Source: Spirochaetota bacterium (GTDB taxonomy: Bacteria; Spirochaetota; UBA4802; UBA5550). From it: a DNA stretch of 64,000 nucleotides. Under the pieces are notes generated by a model that saw nothing but the letters and a program-made list of their open reading frames with translations, had not been told where the DNA came from and made no database searches. The DNA lies in the NCBI GenBank assembly GCA_963663865.1, contig OY760686.1:3092401-3156400 (forward strand). The letters are read 5' to 3'. Position numbers and translations under genes: made by a program. This document shows positions 59,258 to 64,000 of this stretch, piece by piece; the first letter of the stretch is position 1; the number at the start of each line of letters is the position of its first letter.

Positions 59258-60097
59258 ATGACCAATGAACAAATAATTGCCAGTTATTACAGATTTCTGA
59301 GTGTATCTCCCGACTCTACTGACAGGGCAATAACTGTTGCATACAAGAAACTTGCTTTAAAATATCACCCAGACAAGAATCCCGAAAGGGTCGACTGGGC
59401 TAACAAGGTTATGTCAGAATTAAACACGGCATACTCTGCAATAATGACACATAGATTTACATCCGAATCCGGGAAAACTGACCTCCCAAAAAAGGAAAGC
59501 GCTCAGACTGTAAAGAAAGAATCAGTTAAAAAACAAATGCTTCATCCAGATGAAGCGCTCAGGCTCTTCGTTAAGTACAGAGAGTCAGTTAACGAATCTC
59601 TTTACAGATATTTTCAATATAGCCTTTACAATCTACCAAGAAGAGAATCAATATCTAATCAGGCTATTTTCTCACGGATTGTTTTTAACCTCAGGAAATG
59701 CTATCATAACGTAAAGCGCCTTATAGAGTTAACCACAGATCAGGAGATATCCGATCACTGTCATGTTTTTATTAAAATGATATTTCTTTTTTATAAAGCC
59801 TCAGAATGTCTCAATATCAACGATTCATACAGAAATATTCTTGATGTAAAGGCTTTCAGGGAATACCGATCAGCAGATGAATTTTTACATCACGCACAGA
59901 AGGAGTTGTTCTATGACCGCCACAATCGCGGGGTTCTCAAAAGACAGAATGTAGCAACTAATCTGACAAAGGCACTAACTGGATTTAACTCTGTTCTGAC
60001 AGGGCATCCTCAGTCTAGCTGGACAGTGGAAGCAGATATCAAATTCGAATATACTAAAACTTTGACCGCATACTACGATCTGTTCTTCCCCATATAA
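59258..60097 (+). CDS. J-domain (DnaJ type III) protein
   Basis: YYRFLSVS...AYKKLALKYHPDKN...ELNTAY. Confidence 0.88.
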   Translation: MTNEQIIASYYRFLSVSPDSTDRAITVAYKKLALKYHPDKNPERVDWANKVMSELNTAYSAIMTHRFTSESGKTDLPKKESAQTVKKESVKKQMLHPDEALRLFVKYRESVNESLYRYFQYSLYNLPRRESISNQAIFSRIVFNLRKCYHNVKRLIELTTDQEISDHCHVFIKMIFLFYKASECLNINDSYRNILDVKAFREYRSADEFLHHAQKELFYDRHNRGVLKRQNVATNLTKALTGFNSVLTGHPQSSWTVEADIKFEYTKTLTAYYDLFFPI

Positions 60098-60139
60098 TTT
60101 GTTTACTAACCGACTAATTTAACCGAAAATGAAATTATT

Positions 60140-60844
60140 ATGAAATACAAATATAAATTTACAGCACTCTGCACATTAATCCTGGTAACGTTAATCGGAA
60201 CTTTCTCTTTTTCCGAAGATTATAATTACGACTATTTTTCTGATCGAGACGAAAGTTACTTACCTTTTTCTGATTATATCCCCAGGGTACGCCTGCATTA
60301 CAAAACAACCCCCCACTACGTTGAAGATTTTTATGAACTATACGGGAAAAAACTATATTATAATGAAAACACACTACGAAAAAACATTGAAAGACTTAAA
60401 ACGGCCTTAATGTGCCGTTTCAGACATCCATCACAATCTCTTGTTAAAACTCATTCAAAGGAAGAGTACCTGAAATATCGAAGACTTCTTTCGATGCACA
60501 TCAATCTGCTAATAATGAGGAATCACATGAGAATTGCATCACGGTACGACATGAATAATATCTACTTCCACAGCGGTTCTTTTGCCGAAGAGATTCTTGA
60601 AAGTTTTAAAACTGCTGAAAAAATATACAGGGAAGCACTACCTTACTGGAATAAAGCCAGAGAGCTTGCAGAGAAGGCATCTGAAATTAGAATATCAACT
60701 GATTTGAGCCAGATGGAATCAGAGCGCTATTCAATTATCAGGAAAGAACTTGACTACGGGCAGATTATCAGCAAACATATAGACAAACTAGTAGAAAAAA
60801 AGGCTAAATTAACCGAATTAAAAAACGCAGACTCTACCCGATAG
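60140..60844 (+). CDS. Exported hypothetical helical protein
   Basis: Signal peptide; 234-aa ORF. Confidence 0.7.
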   Translation: MKYKYKFTALCTLILVTLIGTFSFSEDYNYDYFSDRDESYLPFSDYIPRVRLHYKTTPHYVEDFYELYGKKLYYNENTLRKNIERLKTALMCRFRHPSQSLVKTHSKEEYLKYRRLLSMHINLLIMRNHMRIASRYDMNNIYFHSGSFAEEILESFKTAEKIYREALPYWNKARELAEKASEIRISTDLSQMESERYSIIRKELDYGQIISKHIDKLVEKKAKLTELKNADSTR

Positions 60845-60871
60845 ATTAACCATTTTCAACTGGAGGTGTTT

Positions 60872-61381
60872 ATGTTAAACAACCTGGCGCTAAAGACAAT
60901 TAAAGAAAGGCGTTCCCGACGAAAGTTTAACAATATAAAAATCAATGATGAACAGATAAAAGAAATCTTGGACTCTGGGATATGGGCGCCCTCCGGCCTC
61001 AACAACCAGCCATGGCGCTTTGCAGTCATTAATGATCCAATAATAAAATCAACCCTCGCTAAGCTAACCAAATACTCAAGAGTTATTGATCAATCTGATA
61101 AATGCATTTGTATTTTTTACCATATACCATCAGGCTATAATAGAGATAAAGACTTAATGAGTATAGGTGCCTGTGTTGAAAATATGCTTATTGCAGCAGA
61201 AGCTATGCGATTAGGCGCTGTCTGGCTTGGCGAAATACTAAACAACAGCGAAAAAGTTAATGAACTCCTTGACGTTCCCCTTGAGAATGAATTATGTGCA
61301 GTTATTGCGCTTGGTCATTCAGACGAAGTTCCGGAATCTACTCGAAAATCCTATGAAACATTTATTCTGAAGAAATTATGA
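60872..61381 (+). CDS. Nitroreductase family protein
   Basis: RRSRRKF, WAPSGLNNQPWRF, ENMLIAAEAMRLGAVWLG; RBS GGAGG. Confidence 0.92.
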   Translation: MLNNLALKTIKERRSRRKFNNIKINDEQIKEILDSGIWAPSGLNNQPWRFAVINDPIIKSTLAKLTKYSRVIDQSDKCICIFYHIPSGYNRDKDLMSIGACVENMLIAAEAMRLGAVWLGEILNNSEKVNELLDVPLENELCAVIALGHSDEVPESTRKSYETFILKKL

Positions 61382-62247
61382 AAAAGCTAATAATTATTAT
61401 AGTTATTACTACTTTTTTTATTCTGCCAATTTTTGGAGCATTAAATTCAGTTAAGTTTTTATTTGCTGTTAACGAATTCACTATAAAATATATTTCTGAA
61501 ACTGATAGAAAAATAAGCTTTGTTCTTTCGTGGAAAGATTTTCCATCTTTCAATGAAAAGGAAGCTGTTTTCATCATTCCCGATACAATGGAAGTCTCGG
61601 GCGATATCCATGATTTAATTTCAGAAAATAATTTTCTTAATGCTGGAATACGGGTAGATATTGACGGGGATGAATTATACACTCGTTCTTTTAAAACTTC
61701 GTTCAAATCAGGTACACTTAATATAGCTGGCGTATCAATAAAACCTTCGTCAACCTCATACAACTACGACGGTTACAACGTAATCAAATATGCTGGTAGG
61801 GACTATGGAATTCATAGACTATCAGAGGCTGGAAAACCTTTCATTCTGAAATTTTACAACAGCTCGACTGCAAAAGGAACTTTTCTATTTCCGGCTCAAT
61901 GGACTAGTAATAATGAGGTCAGTTTCCTCAAACAGTATGGTGTTAACATGCAAGTATCAGTTATCAGACAGGTACATCAACTAAAGACAAAACCCACAGA
62001 AGTATTTACCGGGTATGAGAATTTCCACACTTTATCAAATGAAAAATATCTTGAATCCCAGACAGATGATTTCATATCCAGGACTTCCGTCCTGTTGCCT
62101 TTAAGCGATAATCCAGAGAAAAACAAAGTAATAACTCTTGCTCTAAAAAATATCAGCAAACCTTACATGTTGTTAATTAATGTTCTGATTCCGCAAGGAT
62201 CAGGAATTGTCCTAAGTTCAACCCCTCGAAAATTCTGGATTAAATAG
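61378..62247 (+). CDS. Exported hypothetical protein
   Basis: Signal peptide; ATGA overlap with the nitroreductase gene. Confidence 0.7.
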   Translation: MKKLIIIIVITTFFILPIFGALNSVKFLFAVNEFTIKYISETDRKISFVLSWKDFPSFNEKEAVFIIPDTMEVSGDIHDLISENNFLNAGIRVDIDGDELYTRSFKTSFKSGTLNIAGVSIKPSSTSYNYDGYNVIKYAGRDYGIHRLSEAGKPFILKFYNSSTAKGTFLFPAQWTSNNEVSFLKQYGVNMQVSVIRQVHQLKTKPTEVFTGYENFHTLSNEKYLESQTDDFISRTSVLLPLSDNPEKNKVITLALKNISKPYMLLINVLIPQGSGIVLSSTPRKFWIK

Positions 62248-62413
62248 AAATCTCACAATGTCAAGGATTGCGTTTTTTATTGCAGCTATAGATTTATATA
62301 ATTTCCTCCATAGACTTTCCTGACACTTTTCCAAGAAACAGACCTCTCTCTGTCATATAAATTAAGTTGACATTATTCAGAGAAATATCAACTTAATTGC
62401 AAGAGAGATAATC

Positions 62414-63838
62414 ATGCATATTCAATCCATTCCACCCTCAATTTTTTATTTAATATTTTATTACAACCTGGCAATTATTATTTTCTCAATTATATTGATT
62501 CGTCACACACTTTCGCGTTTCATTTTTCTTTCTTCTCTGACATGTTTATTATCTATGATACCCATGTATTTCACCTTATCGGTTGAAATCAAAATGGGAT
62601 ATTTCTTATTAGGCATTTTTCCAATATTTCTTTACCCATATATCTTGACTAAGACAATCTTTTACAGTCTCACAATCCGTTATAGTTATTTTACAAATAT
62701 CCTTCTTTTTTCTACGGCTTTAGTATTAAGTATTTATATACTTTCAGATAATACTGACTTATTGGTTTTATTCTATTTATCCGTTATAATTTCAGTTTCT
62801 TACAAAATATTTCGCACTCAAATTACCATGCATTCTTTATCGATAGCAATCATATTAATTCTTTGTTCTGCATTATTAATTGCTTCTTTATCTTTTGGGT
62901 TCAAAATAGACATATCCTTATTTATTACAGTACTAAATATAATTATATCTTCCCTGATAGTCTATCAGTATCAACTTAAATATTTCAGAAGATTAAGACA
63001 GTTGTTTTTATCTCATGAACAAAACAAACGTTTAACACACCTTGTTTCAAGACTTAAAACCAACATTGAACAATACAATAAAATTATTCTCGAGAAGGAT
63101 ACTGAACTTTTTCAACTTTCAAGACATTCAAGCCTTGCCGAAATTACAGCAGGAATAGCACATGAACTTTCACAGCCTTTGACAGGAATAAAATGTATAT
63201 CACAAAATCTAATAGATGATATCAAATACGAAGAGATCAGTAAATCTGTTTTTTGTAAAGAGCTGGAAAAGATATGCTCGCTAGTAGACAAATCATCAGT
63301 AATTATTGATCATATCAGAAGTTTTTCCAGAAAATCAGTTTTTTCTCCAAGACTAATTCAGATTAATGATTCCATCAATAACGCTGTTTTCTTATTAATC
63401 AATCAGCTTGAAAAGAATAATATTGAATTAGAAGTGCTACTAAGTGATTCTATACCAGAGATGTTTGGGGACTCAATATATTTTGAACAACTTTTAATAA
63501 ATCTCCTTATAAATGGACGAGACTCAATCCTTGACAAACAGCAAATTAATAATAATTATCAGGGCCGTATCACTGTCTCAACAAAATTGTTCAACAACGC
63601 TATACGATTGGTAGTTCAAGACAATGGGACAGGTATACCAAGAGAAATTATGCCTAAAATCTGGTCACCCTTCTTTACAAGCAAAAATAAATCCAGAGGT
63701 ACTGGGATAGGGTTATCAATCAGCAACCGTATTATCAAAGAACACAAAGGCAGGGTTTTTATAAAATCAGACAGTGAAGGCACACAATTTACAATAGATT
63801 TTCCTTGCAGTCAAGAAGCCCATTCTCCAACAACATAA
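62414..63838 (+). CDS. Membrane sensor histidine kinase (NtrB-like)
   Basis: Multiple TM helices; AGIAHELSQPL H-box, NLLINGRDS, DNGTGI, PFFTSK, GTGIGL. Confidence 0.92.
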   Translation: MHIQSIPPSIFYLIFYYNLAIIIFSIILIRHTLSRFIFLSSLTCLLSMIPMYFTLSVEIKMGYFLLGIFPIFLYPYILTKTIFYSLTIRYSYFTNILLFSTALVLSIYILSDNTDLLVLFYLSVIISVSYKIFRTQITMHSLSIAIILILCSALLIASLSFGFKIDISLFITVLNIIISSLIVYQYQLKYFRRLRQLFLSHEQNKRLTHLVSRLKTNIEQYNKIILEKDTELFQLSRHSSLAEITAGIAHELSQPLTGIKCISQNLIDDIKYEEISKSVFCKELEKICSLVDKSSVIIDHIRSFSRKSVFSPRLIQINDSINNAVFLLINQLEKNNIELEVLLSDSIPEMFGDSIYFEQLLINLLINGRDSILDKQQINNNYQGRITVSTKLFNNAIRLVVQDNGTGIPREIMPKIWSPFFTSKNKSRGTGIGLSISNRIIKEHKGRVFIKSDSEGTQFTIDFPCSQEAHSPTT

Positions 63839-63878
63839 GTGCGGTATAACTCTCAAATTTTTACTTCTGAATAAACAA

Positions 63879-63908
63879 AAACGCCCGAAGCATAAGCTTC
63901 GGGCGTTT
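63879..63908. terminator. Intrinsic terminator downstream of the 23S rRNA (also convergent with the kinase gene)
   Basis: AAACGCCCGAAGC-ataa-GCTTCGGGCGTTT. Confidence 0.8.
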
Positions 63909-63914
63909 AATAAT

Positions 63915-64000
63915 ATGGTCAAGCCTCACGACTGATTAGTACTGGTCAGCTGAGCCCATTACTGAGCTTACACCTCCAACCTATCGACCTCGTAGTCTAC
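63915..64000 (-). rRNA. rrl: 23S rRNA, 3' end only
   Basis: Plus strand GGTCAAGCCTCACGACTGATTAGTACTGGTCAGCT...CTTACACCTCCAACCTATCGACCTCGTAGTCTAC is the reverse complement of the conserved 23S 3' terminus. Confidence 0.93.

Overview
Bacterial chromosomal segment, most consistent with a Spirochaetota lineage. This is inferred from the rplS-rnhB-FlhB-like-HD-GYP-yraN gene order, the MBL/cNMP phosphodiesterase, the HDOD protein and a 23S rRNA not followed by 5S; a corrinoid reductive activator and an iron-sulfur flavoprotein hint at an anaerobe. Core content: carD/PIN-TRAM, PBP1A, HtrA, trxA, tmRNA (tag ANDNFALAA), glcD, the PASTA-rpe-rpsP-khpA-rimM-trmD-rplS-rnhB cluster, cca, rpiB, coaX, an ECF sigma operon, GTP-PEPCK, lexA and the 3' end of a 23S rRNA. 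Most notable: (1) a translationally coupled three-gene operon (14.2-18.0 kb) that looks like a lamin-tail protein with a T9SS-like C-terminal domain, a PorV/PorP-like barrel fused to a ComEA-type HhH, and a second barrel; (2) a 1113-aa host protein built like a phage tail fibre with 16 x 32-aa repeats and no phage genes nearby; (3) an Mre11/Rad50-like pair in which both partners have degenerate catalytic motifs, coupled to a TPR gene; (4) a minimal flagellin-like protein; (5) an accessory islet at about 24.9-28.6 kb with a RAYT carrying an internal REP, vapBC, attC-like remnants and an encapsulin with ferritin-like cargo; (6) a DnaA-box-like cluster with tandem 13-mers far from any dnaA. All family calls come from motif recognition by eye; no searches were run.
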